Part shown: positions 1 to 11,263 of the stretch, in pieces | How the letters are laid out: each line of letters begins with the position of its first letter | How positions within the stretch are numbered: the stretch's first letter is position 1 | NCBI GenBank assembly: GCA_030167865.1 | Contig: JALAGF010005473.1 | Location: 62,001-106,952, forward strand | DNA: 44,952 nucleotides | Direction: 5' to 3' | Origin: Craspedostauros australis | Lineage: Eukaryota | Program-made: the position numbers and the translations under genes | Notes under the pieces: generated by a model | Told to the model about the DNA's origin: nothing | The model's database searches: none | Seen by the model: only the letters and a program-made list of their open reading frames with translations

Positions 1-2
1 GG

Positions 3-1496
3 GCGATGAACCATCTCGATCTCAGCGATCTCCATCAAGCGCCAACCGATGAAAGTGGAACAGATGTTGCAAACAACGAGCAGCTGACGAAATCATCACA
101 GGCCGCCGCAGTACCCACAACGGTGGCGACGACTGCATCATCAATGATCGCTACACCGAAAGCTGATGCAACGCGGGTGGCGACCAAGAGATCGCGTTTC
201 ATTCTGCACGTTGGACCAGCGAAAACAGCCAGCAGCACTGTGCAGATCGACATCAGACGGCTGTTTTATAAACCAGCGCTGGTGAAAGACGGCTTCTGGT
301 ACTTCGGTGTGTATTGTTACAACCGGGTGTACGGCAATATGAGTCTCGATGTAATCAGGCAGCTGGAGAACGTGGATTGCATGCACAAGGAGTATCCAGA
401 ATATTTGAAGCGCAAACGTCAATCGCAACCTCCTCGCACCCAACAAGAAGATTCTTTCAACACATCAGCTGCAGCATCAGTCACAACGTCAGCCACAACG
501 CTATCATCGACAACATCGCCCGATGTTCCAGAGTGCATCCAAAATGTCAAGACTCTGCTTGATGCCATGAAACACAAGCATGCCTCGTTGATTGTGAGCA
601 ATGAGGCATTTTCATACACGAGGCTGTACAAACAGAGGGTTGGCATGTACTGCAACCCTGCTTTCCTTGACAGCTGGAAGAACCTGCTGGATGGCTGGGA
701 CGTGACTGTCGTTGCGACCTACCGCCGCATGTTCGACTGGATGCTCAGTAGCGTGAAGCAATACAGTGCAATGGGAGCCTTCATTCGCGGCAAGAACTTT
801 GCTATGTGGCCAGATCAGGGCGGGTCAAAGTATCCTTCCTCCTGGCCAACGATCCAGGACTGGCTCAATATCTCGGTCGAATACCCGCTCTGTGGACGTC
901 AGGGAGCCATCGCAGCCCGCCGGTGGGCGTACTTGGACGGCGCCATCCGGCCCTGGAAGGACAGCGGCTTCCACATCCACACTTTGAACCTGCACGATAA
1001 GCGGCACATCACGCAGCAGCTCATGTGCGATTACGTTGATGCGCCTAGATCGTGCGCTGCCTTGCAGAGGAAGGAGCGAGAGTCAGCAAAGAACATCCAG
1101 AGCATCGCTTTGTACACCTACAGCAATCTCGTGTTCGCCGCGGCGCAAGCTGGATTGATCAGTACCGAAACGCAGGCCAACAAGACGAGGCTTGAGATGA
1201 CGGAAGAATTGATCGAGCATCATCGTGCACTGAACAAGACCTTCGCAGACCTTCCGCTGGACTGTCCGACAGATTCGGAACTCGAGTCTTTCTTGAACCT
1301 CTCCCTTGCGAAGGAGGCGGAGTTGATGCCTGAGTGGTACGCATCGCCGGAAGGTGAGACAGCGCATCGTTCGGCATTCCAGAAGGCCGCATATCAGAAG
1401 CGATCATTCTGCAGCATCGATACCGAGACGGTGCTTGCGGGAGCAGCGTCATGGGATGACGTATTGGGCAGGATGAAGGATGCAATGTGGGCATGA
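3..1496 (+). CDS. Sulfotransferase-like (P-loop/PAPS-binding fold) protein, probably 5'-truncated by the window edge
   Basis: 496-aa ORF from ATG at 6, but the frame is open to the window edge. ILHVGPAKTASSTVQ resembles the 5'-phosphosulfate-binding loop and VVATYRRMFDWMLS fits the R-x7-S 3'-phosphate-binding motif. Clear paralogue of 43362-44951 (shared SNE/SDE, YRRxFxWMLSSxKQY, WPxxGG, LPLxCPT, MPExYASPxGExAHR, FCSxD). Confidence 0.65.
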   Translation, partial: AMNHLDLSDLHQAPTDESGTDVANNEQLTKSSQAAAVPTTVATTASSMIATPKADATRVATKRSRFILHVGPAKTASSTVQIDIRRLFYKPALVKDGFWYFGVYCYNRVYGNMSLDVIRQLENVDCMHKEYPEYLKRKRQSQPPRTQQEDSFNTSAAASVTTSATTLSSTTSPDVPECIQNVKTLLDAMKHKHASLIVSNEAFSYTRLYKQRVGMYCNPAFLDSWKNLLDGWDVTVVATYRRMFDWMLSSVKQYSAMGAFIRGKNFAMWPDQGGSKYPSSWPTIQDWLNISVEYPLCGRQGAIAARRWAYLDGAIRPWKDSGFHIHTLNLHDKRHITQQLMCDYVDAPRSCAALQRKERESAKNIQSIALYTYSNLVFAAAQAGLISTETQANKTRLEMTEELIEHHRALNKTFADLPLDCPTDSELESFLNLSLAKEAELMPEWYASPEGETAHRSAFQKAAYQKRSFCSIDTETVLAGAASWDDVLGRMKDAMWA

Positions 1497-2561
1497 AGCA
1501 TGCATGCATCGGTGCTTGTGTAGCTCGTACACATGCAATATCAATCGCAAAGACTAATCGCAGAGTGTTCTGCTCTGCTCTGCAGAGAAAGTAGAGAGTC
1601 GATCAATCAGGAATGTGGAGTATCTGTACCAGCACAGGAGTGTAATATTATATTATATTATTATATAGAATAATACGTACGAGTAAGATTCGCGAATGAG
1701 GCCTCTTCGAGGTTGATTGATGCTGCCTCGTCGCTGGGAATAGGCCGCACGAAGACGGCCCCTTGACGCACAAGCGAAGGCACAACACATGGGATGTGAT
1801 GGGTAGAAATCCGCCTTCTTTGCGCGCTTTTGATGCTAAGGGTTGGCAGCGCGCCTGTTGCTCTCCTCCCTTGAATTCGGAAAATGGATGTCCAGAGATG
1901 TCATTGGCGGAGATGACAGTACAGTAGTCGATTGAGTCGGTAACGTAGCTTGGATTCCTCCGAAACTGGGAAGAAATGGCGCGGCGCGAGGTCTGACATG
2001 GCGACATTCGAACTCTGTTCGCTTCGATTCCTGTGTTTGGCTCAAAACATGCGTCCGCCAAAATGGCGATTGCCAAAGTCGCGAGGGTGCGAAGAGAAGA
2101 GACCGTCCGCATTCCCACAACCAACAACAACTCGACACGCAGCATGCCAAACAGCGTCGTGTGCGCAGCGTCCAGTCTCTCCACACAACCTTTTCTTGCA
2201 CTCTCTCTTTTGGCACAGACTCAACAAGCACACAACAGTCTTGCTTCCTTCCAACAGAAGTACTCGCACTCAGAGCAGAGCAGAGCAGAGCAATACAGTA
2301 GTTCCTTATTGGCATCACACCAGGCTCATAATATAATTATAACACATTACATAATACTGTGATAGGTAGGAACAAAAAGGGGCGCAATACTTCGACGATC
2401 CATTGCACAAGTGTCGTCGAAGGAAGCGAAGCGCCAGGAACTGCATCAACAGCCGCGACTGCAACGCCACATACCGTTGGGTGTCATACGCATACTCGTA
2501 ATCGTAATCGCACCAGAGCACACCGCTCGAAAAGGAAGCGAAACGATCTGGGAATGCAGAG

Positions 2562-5500
2562 ATGATCCGCACAGGGAGCGGCAGGAAGTTCCAGCTCGAT
2601 CACACGCGGCCCAGGCACCGATTTGGGGGTGGCTCGAGGCTTGCCAAGGCGAAGCTTGCTGCCAAAGCTTCCGCGGCATCGCCCAAGACCGCCACGCTGG
2701 GAGACTACGGCTTCCTCACGCAAGAGCACGTGAATGGCGACACCGATGCGGTCGGCTACAGGCGCGATGGCAGCAGGGCAAGACGCAGTGCGAGTGAGGC
2801 GAATGGAAGCCACCGACGGAGGGACAGCGATGCGGACATCAGCCGACGGAAGACCGTGGCCAAAGCGCCGCATAGACGTGAACCAAAGAAGACCAGGGAC
2901 ACGAATCAATCAAACCCAGTAGAGATCGACAGCGAACGAGACCATCAGGACAATATTGACACCGAAAGCGACAGTGAGAGCGACAGCGAAAATGGCAATG
3001 CATACAAGTACACGCTGCCACATCATAGCGAAGACGGAGATGACAGCACTAGCGTGCAAGAGGTGGAGTCTCGTGATGGGTCTGATGCTCGGTCAGGTGC
3101 AGGTGCAGGTGCGTCCGATGCTGCTGTGGAGCAGAACAGCGCTGGGCAGCAACGCGCATCAATTCCAACCAGAGAAATCAGCAGCAAAGCAAAGCACCAA
3201 ATCAGAAAGGTCCGCAAGCAGGATGGTGATGGCGACAGCGACAGCGATCCTTCCGCAGATCTCAACCATCTCCTCCTGTCCTCGTCTTCGGAAGATGATG
3301 ACGAAGAAGACTTTGTGGATGCCAGTCCAACGCCGATGAGGAGAAGAACGCGCAGCTCGTATCAGTCAACTCTGGACTCGTTGGCAACCCTCACATCCAA
3401 AAGTTCAAATTCAAGGCAAAAGCTGCCATCCTCCAGACCAGCCGCACCGTCAAAGCATCCATCACCCAAGCGCCCGCGCCGCATGCGACAAAAGTCCATG
3501 TTGGAGGCACTTGCGGACTTCAACAAACCGCCGACGGTGCAGAAGGACGATGACAGCCCCGCTGAAAGCAGCGTTGCGGATGGCAGCAGCACGGCGAATT
3601 CACGATCGACACGGCGTAGAGCAGCCACCGTCGCAGCGCGCAACCGCATCAGATCGCAAAACGGTATCGATGAAATCGTCCATGCGCATTTGGGCCCCGC
3701 GGGTCCGAAGGTTGGCGATGATGATAGCGACGACGATGGTGACGACGATGGTGACGACGAAAGCGAGTTTGAGAACAAGAGCGACGATGAAGAGCATGAC
3801 ACGGATGACAATGGGCGTGCGGATGATAGCGATGCATTTGATTCCAAGCCTGCGTACAAGCGAAAGATGGCACCGCAAAAACAGCAGCAGCAGCGAGGAC
3901 ATCGTCGTCCAGAACGGACGAAGCGCACACGTCAACGACCGACACAAAACCGAGGCAAGCAATCAGTGGCCAAACAGCGCAGCAACAGCCACGGCAGTAC
4001 ACATTCGCATACAGACTCCAAGCTCAGCCGCAAAAGAGGCCATCATCGTGCACCAGCGGCCGCCGCAGCTGCAGCTCGTGATACCCTCACGATGACGAGT
4101 TCCAACAAGAATGGCCGCGACCGCGATCAGGACGCAATGCACTTGCGAAATTCTCGCAGAGCAGGTGTGCTCTCTGGGAACTCCAGACGTCAACTACAGG
4201 ATTCAGATAACGAAGATGACGACAATGATGATCCTGTGAATCGGAACAGATCCGCCACCAAGTCCCCTCGCAAACGACGAGCCGCGGCTGCCAAAGCGAC
4301 CAAACTCTTTTCGAAATTCATCGATGATGATGACGACGACGATGGCGATGATGATGCCGCCGAGGTGGAGAAGGTTCGTGCATCAGCCGATGCACGGCAA
4401 AAAAGTCCCAAAAAACCCAGCGACAACAACAAGAACAAGAACAAAAACAGCTTGCCATCTTCTGATGAAGAGTCTCTTCATGATGATCATCCGGTGGATC
4501 ATGACTCCGTCAGCAGCGGCAGCGATGACACGCACATGGACTACGACGAACATATCAATGGCGAAGATGACTACGACAACAGCAATAACAACGACGATGA
4601 CGACGACTCCAAGGATGAAGAATATGACGATGATGAGGAGGAAGAGGATGAAGTCACCTGGCTGAAGAATAATGTGGACGACGGTCCCGTTTTGAATGTG
4701 GACGACGAACAGATTGGTGACATGGACGACTCATCCTCGGATGATGACACCCGACGACGACCAGTGAGGAGAAAGCCCGCAGAACTTGAACTGCGGAAAC
4801 TACCGTTCTCCGGATCAACGAAAAGTGCAAAGAGTACGGAGAGCAGACGCAAGGCTGCAAGATCCACAAGGTCCGCAACGTCTTCGAATGGCCAAAAATC
4901 CATCCTCGATTCGTTTTCGAACAAGCGTAAATCTTTCTCCGCGTCAGCTGTCAGTGAAATACGCCCTACAGTACACGGGGAAGAATCGGACGGATTGAGT
5001 TCATCGGATTCCGATGCTGGTGTGAACGCCAAGCGCAGGAGTGTGGCCAATCGGAAGCGAAATGCTGGGCCACGCATGTCAAGACCAAGGCTTCCGCCCT
5101 GTCCGTCATCCATCGATTCCATCACGGCGGAACCCCTGCCGCACATGCACATATGCTTCATCCCACCAGACGGCAAGACGCGTCAATGCTTCGCCTTGGA
5201 CACGTTGCGAAAGATTGCCATCAAATCCAATCAGGGCGCAGCTCCGAAGTGGATGCAACCGCCTCATTTCCGAACGGAGCTTTCGGACGATATGCAGGAT
5301 CAGATCGCATCGCGATTCGGCAGGGAGGCGCTCGAGATCCATGGCGATTTTTACAGTCGGGAACGGCAACAACCGCTCCGAGGATTCATCGCCGAAGCTG
5401 ACGGGTCGATGAATGCCTTCGTGCAGCGCCGTCACAATGACGGCGATGATGACGATGCGTACGTCGCGAGCTCCATGAGTGACGAGACGTTTCAAGATCG

Positions 5501-6695
5501 GTTGGACAAGTACATGGACAATCAGATGGGCAGTCAAGATGTCTACTGTTGCCCCCTGTGCTACACCGAGATGCATCGAAAGGTTGCCAAGAATTCCATC
5601 ACCGCGTACTTTCGGAACAAGGGCGGCACCAAACAGAATCAACGAAGAAAAGCGTACAAGCAACGGCAGCGTGGTCACGATGGCAACAGTGATAGCGACA
5701 ACAGCAGCAACAGCAATAAAAGTAACAGCCAGGATGAAGAGAGCGAGATCGACGAAGAAGACGAAGTCGAGGAATCTACCTACGACCCCATGCTGGTTCT
5801 GCAGATCATGGACGACGAATATCAAATCGCCGGTGCCATTTGCAACACCAAGGTCGCCAACATCAAGCGCCATCTGCGAGAAGACCACAAAGTTCAAACC
5901 AAGGGCATCGAGGGAAACGATCTGTATGCGCGATACCGCATCCGAACGCAGGATGGTCTGCTCCAGCGCTGGCTCAAGAAGACGAAATCGCGCATCGGCA
6001 CATTCCAGGGCGACATGAGACGATACTGGAACGAAGGCAACAACCAGAACTTCCTGCTTCTGTTGGCGCGCGTGCAGGAGGCCGAGATGCATCGCAGGAC
6101 GCTGAAAATAGTGCGTTGCGGCGGTGACGACGACGAAGAACAGGCTCGACAGACCGCGTATGAATACTTGGTTCCCTCCGTTTCCTTTTGCCATTCAATC
6201 AAATCCCACAGCCGGACGGAGTGGAATCGCATCGCGGCACCGTTCCAACGCAGCTGGAGGGACGACATCCACGATTTCATTGTAACAAATACATCACATC
6301 TGGACGAAGAGGACGAAGTTCCGCACTTTGCCATGCGGCATGAGTTGGAAGCCCCTGGCGCAGAAGCATCTTCCCAATCCGAGAATGACGAGCTGTTTCG
6401 AAAACTGAAAAAGTACACGGAGCCGAAGCCAGACGATGACGATGACGAAGTGATTGAGATGGAGAGCATCGCAAGCCAAGAATTGAACGGATATTATTCC
6501 GAAGTGGAAGAAGAGAATGACTGGACCGCCAAACCGCAGAAACGACGACGACAACGACGACTACCACCACGCAAGAAGGAAAAGAAGAACAGGGTCGGAA
6601 AGCGGCTGGTGCGCAAACGCAAACCACGCAAATCTACTGCGACGGAGGTTTCGCCTGCAGCAAAGCGATTGCAGATTGCGGATGATAGCGATTAA
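2562..6695 (+). CDS. Large, mostly disordered acidic/basic protein (1377 aa) with a C-terminal folded region (U-box/RING-like segment and split C2H2-like finger); likely nuclear
   Basis: Uninterrupted 4.1-kb ORF with D/E/S tracts and K/R clusters (NLS-like). The folded-looking part contains DSITAEPL...QCFALDTL...PPHFRTEL and CCPLC...KRHLREDH. The gene is well supported; the function is inferred. Confidence 0.75.
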   Translation: MIRTGSGRKFQLDHTRPRHRFGGGSRLAKAKLAAKASAASPKTATLGDYGFLTQEHVNGDTDAVGYRRDGSRARRSASEANGSHRRRDSDADISRRKTVAKAPHRREPKKTRDTNQSNPVEIDSERDHQDNIDTESDSESDSENGNAYKYTLPHHSEDGDDSTSVQEVESRDGSDARSGAGAGASDAAVEQNSAGQQRASIPTREISSKAKHQIRKVRKQDGDGDSDSDPSADLNHLLLSSSSEDDDEEDFVDASPTPMRRRTRSSYQSTLDSLATLTSKSSNSRQKLPSSRPAAPSKHPSPKRPRRMRQKSMLEALADFNKPPTVQKDDDSPAESSVADGSSTANSRSTRRRAATVAARNRIRSQNGIDEIVHAHLGPAGPKVGDDDSDDDGDDDGDDESEFENKSDDEEHDTDDNGRADDSDAFDSKPAYKRKMAPQKQQQQRGHRRPERTKRTRQRPTQNRGKQSVAKQRSNSHGSTHSHTDSKLSRKRGHHRAPAAAAAAARDTLTMTSSNKNGRDRDQDAMHLRNSRRAGVLSGNSRRQLQDSDNEDDDNDDPVNRNRSATKSPRKRRAAAAKATKLFSKFIDDDDDDDGDDDAAEVEKVRASADARQKSPKKPSDNNKNKNKNSLPSSDEESLHDDHPVDHDSVSSGSDDTHMDYDEHINGEDDYDNSNNNDDDDDSKDEEYDDDEEEEDEVTWLKNNVDDGPVLNVDDEQIGDMDDSSSDDDTRRRPVRRKPAELELRKLPFSGSTKSAKSTESRRKAARSTRSATSSNGQKSILDSFSNKRKSFSASAVSEIRPTVHGEESDGLSSSDSDAGVNAKRRSVANRKRNAGPRMSRPRLPPCPSSIDSITAEPLPHMHICFIPPDGKTRQCFALDTLRKIAIKSNQGAAPKWMQPPHFRTELSDDMQDQIASRFGREALEIHGDFYSRERQQPLRGFIAEADGSMNAFVQRRHNDGDDDDAYVASSMSDETFQDRLDKYMDNQMGSQDVYCCPLCYTEMHRKVAKNSITAYFRNKGGTKQNQRRKAYKQRQRGHDGNSDSDNSSNSNKSNSQDEESEIDEEDEVEESTYDPMLVLQIMDDEYQIAGAICNTKVANIKRHLREDHKVQTKGIEGNDLYARYRIRTQDGLLQRWLKKTKSRIGTFQGDMRRYWNEGNNQNFLLLLARVQEAEMHRRTLKIVRCGGDDDEEQARQTAYEYLVPSVSFCHSIKSHSRTEWNRIAAPFQRSWRDDIHDFIVTNTSHLDEEDEVPHFAMRHELEAPGAEASSQSENDELFRKLKKYTEPKPDDDDDEVIEMESIASQELNGYYSEVEEENDWTAKPQKRRRQRRLPPRKKEKKNRVGKRLVRKRKPRKSTATEVSPAAKRLQIADDSD

Positions 6696-6773
6696 GAGCC
6701 ACTCGACTTGACGCCATGAAACGAAGATGATGACCACCATGCTGTTGCGTGATGTTGTCTCTGGTCCCATCGC
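6471..6773 (+). repeat. Direct repeat copy A (3' end and start of the 3'UTR of the 1377-aa gene)
   Basis: Aligns by eye with 11264-11650, e.g. GAAGAAGAGAATGACTGGACCGCCAAACCGCAGAAACGACG, AAGAAGGAAAAGAAGAACAGGGTCGGAAAGCGGCTGGTG and GATGACCACCATGCTGTTG. Confidence 0.95.
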
Positions 6774-8277
6774 ACACAATACCAGAACCTGAAAAAATAA
6801 AAGCGACAATAATCCGAGTGCCTCAAACAAACGACTGTGGCCAACGCTGTTGGCGATTTTTGGATCACAAGAACAGCTCTGTGGATGTGGTACGACTACG
6901 ATTTCTACGGAAGCCCCGAACAAAAACAGGCCAAAAACAGCATCATTCAGAGTCAAACTCTCCGGACTTAGCTCGTGTGCGTGTTCCTGTACTCATCTTG
7001 CCAATGCAGCATTGCATATCGTTTATATATCCCATACTGAAGTTTGGTGGCTGTTGCTCTCTTTCTCAAGTGAGAACTGATGTGATCCATCAAGCACCTC
7101 ATCATTCATGGACGCTATTGGCGTGTGTTGGGCGTGTTTTTTTGTTGTGGTTGTTCCGAACAGCTGATCCAACCATCGCTGACGTCATGATGACGCAAGC
7201 ATTGGAACCAGAATTCTCCAAACTTGCCACCAAGATTGGGGATCCGAGTGGTCAAATATCATTCCGACCTCCATGGGAGCACTAAACGCAAGCATACCTC
7301 CATACCATCGCACTCAGACAAATATAGACCACATTATTGTGACCGCCTCGGAGAGAGAATTCTGAAATGATATACATTGTGCAGAATTAGCCACAGACCG
7401 CTAAGTCCGGAGACTTCAAAGATGGAGAGTCGAATTTCTCGAAGAACAGAGGCAAGATCCTACCGAACGTCTGTAGAATTCTACGTGTAGCCAAACATCG
7501 CCAAACAAAACCCGATCCGTCCTTTGTCTGAAGGCAAAACCACACCAAGGGAGGCAACAAACATGTTAAGATCGACAAGATGGTAGTAACAATATTAGAA
7601 TGTTATCACTTGCCTGGATAGCCCTGGCTCTTAAGTTTACGTAGATGTAAAGAGATGTTCGATTGAATGTCTACAGATTCAAGTCTGAGATCGGGAAAAA
7701 TGGATCCAAAATCTGTAGCCAACTGTAGCCAATTGTAACCAATTTTAGGGGTCCAGCTCTTCGAGGCACTTAGAGTTACTTGGGATGCGTTTTGAAGCTT
7801 TTCTTTCACATGCCATGAAACTCCAACAGTCCCGGCAAATACGAACTCCACGCGGAAGAAATGGGCGTTGACAATTTCTCATCCAATCATAAACGTACAA
7901 TTTTCTCTATTCGCATCTTCATTGTTCTTGGACTTACTTTGTTTCTTCCGTAGACTATAGTCGATGTAAATGGTTCGAGTCAGCCAAGTTGCAGCATGTG
8001 CGAAGCTGGCCTTGCGTCTGCGCAGACCTCACGCTCAGACAGGCAATTCCACACGTGTCGAGACATGGTTTGGAGAAATCTGTAGTTGTTGTTGTACCAT
8101 CTAAATTACAGTTTTTAACTATGCGATGTAGGCGCTTTTGTGCCGCCTCGTTTATTCTACATGAGTCGTCCAGCGGGAACGGATGATGTTGGGTAGGTCG
8201 CTGTCCTTGTGGTGTATTCGATTGTGTGCATTGGATGGTGGAGGTGTAGAGAGAGAGAGAGAGCATGCGCGGTGCGC

Positions 8278-8718
8278 TAAACGTCACTGGACGTCAACGA
8301 AAGGAGACGGGCAGTGCCCATGCGGTTAGCTGCAGGACTTCAGCTCGCGGGCTGGGAGACGCGGCAACACATCCAAGCTATTTGCGCCGGGGGAACGATG
8401 GCTGCGACGTGGGGCATAGCGTGTAGCAGAGTGAGCAGCCATTCTGCCTGTCGTGGCTCCAACGTTGGGACCTGCTTGGCAAGCTGGCGAAGGTGGGTGG
8501 GGACGGACCGTGGTGGCAGCTCTTGGAGGGCTTGACAGTAGAATCGCATGTGCTGGGACATCACATCGTGCTCTCCTTCCTCATGAAGCGCGTGGTTCCG
8601 ACTAGACCGCTGTTGCAGCGCCATGTGCCATAGGTCGTGGGTCAACTCTGCCTGCCAGTGGATGGTCCAGTGGTAGTCTGGGGATGGAGGAGGGATGGGA
8701 CTGGGCTTTGGAGAAATC
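8278..8718 (-). pseudogene. Possible orphan or decayed exon fragment of unknown origin
   Basis: On the minus strand a pyrimidine-rich ...GTTCCCACTCTAG acceptor-like site precedes a protein-like frame (ISPKPSPIPPPSPDYHWTIHWQAELTHDLWHMAL...AEWLLTLLHAMPHVAAIV...). A TGA interrupts it at 8340-8342 and it continues about 20 codons. No family recognised. Confidence 0.25.
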
Positions 8719-9584
8719 TAGAGTGGGAACACATACAAGACAAGTGCTAAATATGACCTGTATGACAGAAACACTGAAACGGAATAGGAGGCAACAATAA
8801 CAACAAACACGAACATGCATGTGGAAGCATTGAGCATTCATTATTGGTTGCTTTGAATGGAAACAAAAAGTGGAGAGGAACGAACTTCCTATTGTCATAG
8901 CCTTCCACCGAGGAAAGCTACTCAACAGCACAGATAAGGCTAGACAGTGCTGATGACGTCATGGTATGATTACTATGATTTATTTCAATCCCTCCAAGAT
9001 TTAACGTCACAGCGAAGATTTGGGGGAGGCATCCCAATTCGTGTCACATCGACAGGGTCAGGGGATGGCTTAGAGTCACAAGCGACAACGCTCTGAAGAA
9101 AGACATTTTGCGCGTAGTGTGTTCACGCTCCGCGTCTTAACGAGATGAGAGCCGCCGAATGTGTTTCTCCGAAAGCGAAAGATCCTCCACACGATCCGGA
9201 AGACACGAGCAACAGCGGCTCACAACAAAATGAAGTGATCAAACGAAACAAATGGACCACGGATGTCGGGATGGAATCGGCACTGAGTCAAATACTGCGT
9301 GTGTCTTTCACTGAGCATCAGGAAGAATCCATCAGGCACCGCCTTATCGTTACACCAAACAAAAGGTCGCTGCGATACAAACAAGACGAGTGATCGCGGG
9401 TCATGTGCGGCCATCGTCGTCGGACAACACGACACATCGCGAACAACCAAACCAAATTGGGAAAAGACCAATTCAAGGTTACCGCGGGGGTCAACACGGT
9501 GCACACGATAGCACCGTGCTAGCACACAATACAACAAGATACACTCATAGATCCAAACTTCCATCACTACTTTCTTCCGCCACC

Positions 9585-11238
9585 ATGACGGCCGCAACAA
9601 ATAACATACCCCAGTCCAAGCTCGTCACCAGCATGGCGTCGTTCATGATTGTCATCAGCGTGATCATGACTCTATGGAACATATTCTTGACCTCCGGGAT
9701 GGACGCAACGAACATTACAACGGCCAACGCTGCGTGGGATCATCCCGTCAGTCCTGCCGTAGACATGCGGGATGTCGCAGAAGGAGGCAACATGAAGACA
9801 GTTGATCGTGACCACGCTGTGAATACCGCGAGTACTCGTACAACTGATGGAGTATTTAATGATCAGCATACGGGTATAGGTGAACAAGCTGATCCACAGA
9901 TGGATGAGCAACAAGAACAGCAACATGACCGACCGATACTATTTCCGAAGCCAGAACCGGCACAGCGATACTTTTCCCTCAAGAATGTCACGGAGACGGG
10001 GGTGGATGTTTCGGACCCACAACTTTACCTCGGAGAGGATCTGCATGGCGACAGCTCTACGGCCACAGTAATGGGCATGGGTAAGCTCTTCCACTCCACC
10101 ACTCTTTGTCTGAAGCGACACAACTGACACAATGAAGCCATCAATTCAACCAGAAATTTCACATTCGCGACCATTGTTTGCGCTTGATTTGCTCACCCTC
10201 CTGCTTGCCCCTTTTCCCACGCACCGCTCGAATCCGCCCCCATCGTATCATGCCTCAGCGACCAAGTATCCACTGGAGGTGTTTCATCGCTTTGTTGGAA
10301 CGTTGAGGAAATCCGGGTTCAAAGGGAACATCATCTTGGGTGTGGGACCAGATATAGACCCGCTGGTAATCGACTACCTCAAATCACGCGACGTCACCGT
10401 CAAGAGCTTCGAGTGGGTCAAGTGCGAGTACGAAGAAGGAAGTGAAGGGATAAAATTGCTCGCCAAGCGCAAGACGTGCATCCCGCCCTTCAACGACATC
10501 AAATCACGATGGAGCCGATTTCCTCTGCAGAAAATGTGGCTGGAAGAATGTGAAACCTGCACGGGACCGGTCCTCACGATTGACGTCCGCGACACCTACT
10601 TCCAGTTAGATCCTTTCGGCCCTGGTTCGCCCAAGGTGGAGGGGCTGCAGGTGTTTGAGGAGCACAAGAAACAGACAACGAACCACTGGATGGTGAACAA
10701 ACCCATCCGGCTTTGCAAGAATACCACGCACGAAGGTACAATGCTCTGCTCCGGGAGCACCATCGGGACGCGGAAGGCCATGCTCAAATACTTCGAGGTG
10801 ATGTATGAGGAAATGAAAGTCTGGATCAAGGTCGCAAAATGTCGATTCGACTTTGATGGCGATGATCAGACGATGCACAACCATCTCTACTATTCTGGGC
10901 AGCTCCCCTTCGCCACGCCGATCGCCTACCGCGCCGGTGGCATCATCATCACGCCTGGCAGCGCAGGTAAATCAATCTCCGGCAAGAAGAATGTGTACTA
11001 CCAAAAGACACTCAACGTGCCGTTACAGGATGCCAAAGCCATGCCGTTCCTGAATGCCACCGAAGATCGATGGCTTGGCCCCAAGGATCTCATCGACGAC
11101 GAGGGGTACTTCGTGGAGTACGATGGGTCCCGATCCAGGGTGGTGCACCAGTTTGATCGATTCGGATTTGCCCTGGATCGTTGGCTCGACAGGAAAGGCT
11201 TTAGTAGCGATCCCGATCCGATGGGAAAGCGAGTTTGA
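9585..11238 (+). CDS. Type II membrane glycosyltransferase-like protein (GT-A-like, DVRD motif), copy 1; 2 exons, 491 aa
   Basis: Exons 9585-10080 and 10259-11238. Intron 10081-10258 (GTAAGC...CTCAG, phase 1) joins TVMGM-A-TKYP in frame. N-terminal TM (MASFMIVISVIMTLWNIFL), a stem, then FVGTLRKSGF, VLTIDVRDTYFQLDPF, MLCSGSTIGT, DDQTMHN, VVHQFDR. Confidence 0.85.
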
Positions 11239-11263
11239 GTCCCGCCTCGTGAGGGGGTCCTCG

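Noticed and set aside
5106..6194. 362-aa minus-strand ORF (similarly 12349-13230, 17142-17915, 18793-19605, 26089-26877 and 32313-33158)
   Set aside because: All overlap well-supported genes on the other strand or frame and translate to uninformative sequence.
7180..8962. TGACGTCA palindromes (7180-7187, 8954-8961) as bZIP/aureochrome sites
   Set aside because: Short motifs expected by chance at about this frequency, with no independent support.
10132..10258. ORF-track starts at 10132, 15292, 26691, 27293, 28852 and 36390 as separate genes
   Set aside because: These starts lie inside introns; the ORFs are downstream exons of spliced genes.
9585..11238. GT copy 1 as a retrocopy, since strong similarity starts almost exactly at the ATG
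   Set aside because: It retains the intron at the same position with partly conserved sequence, and I saw no poly-A tail.
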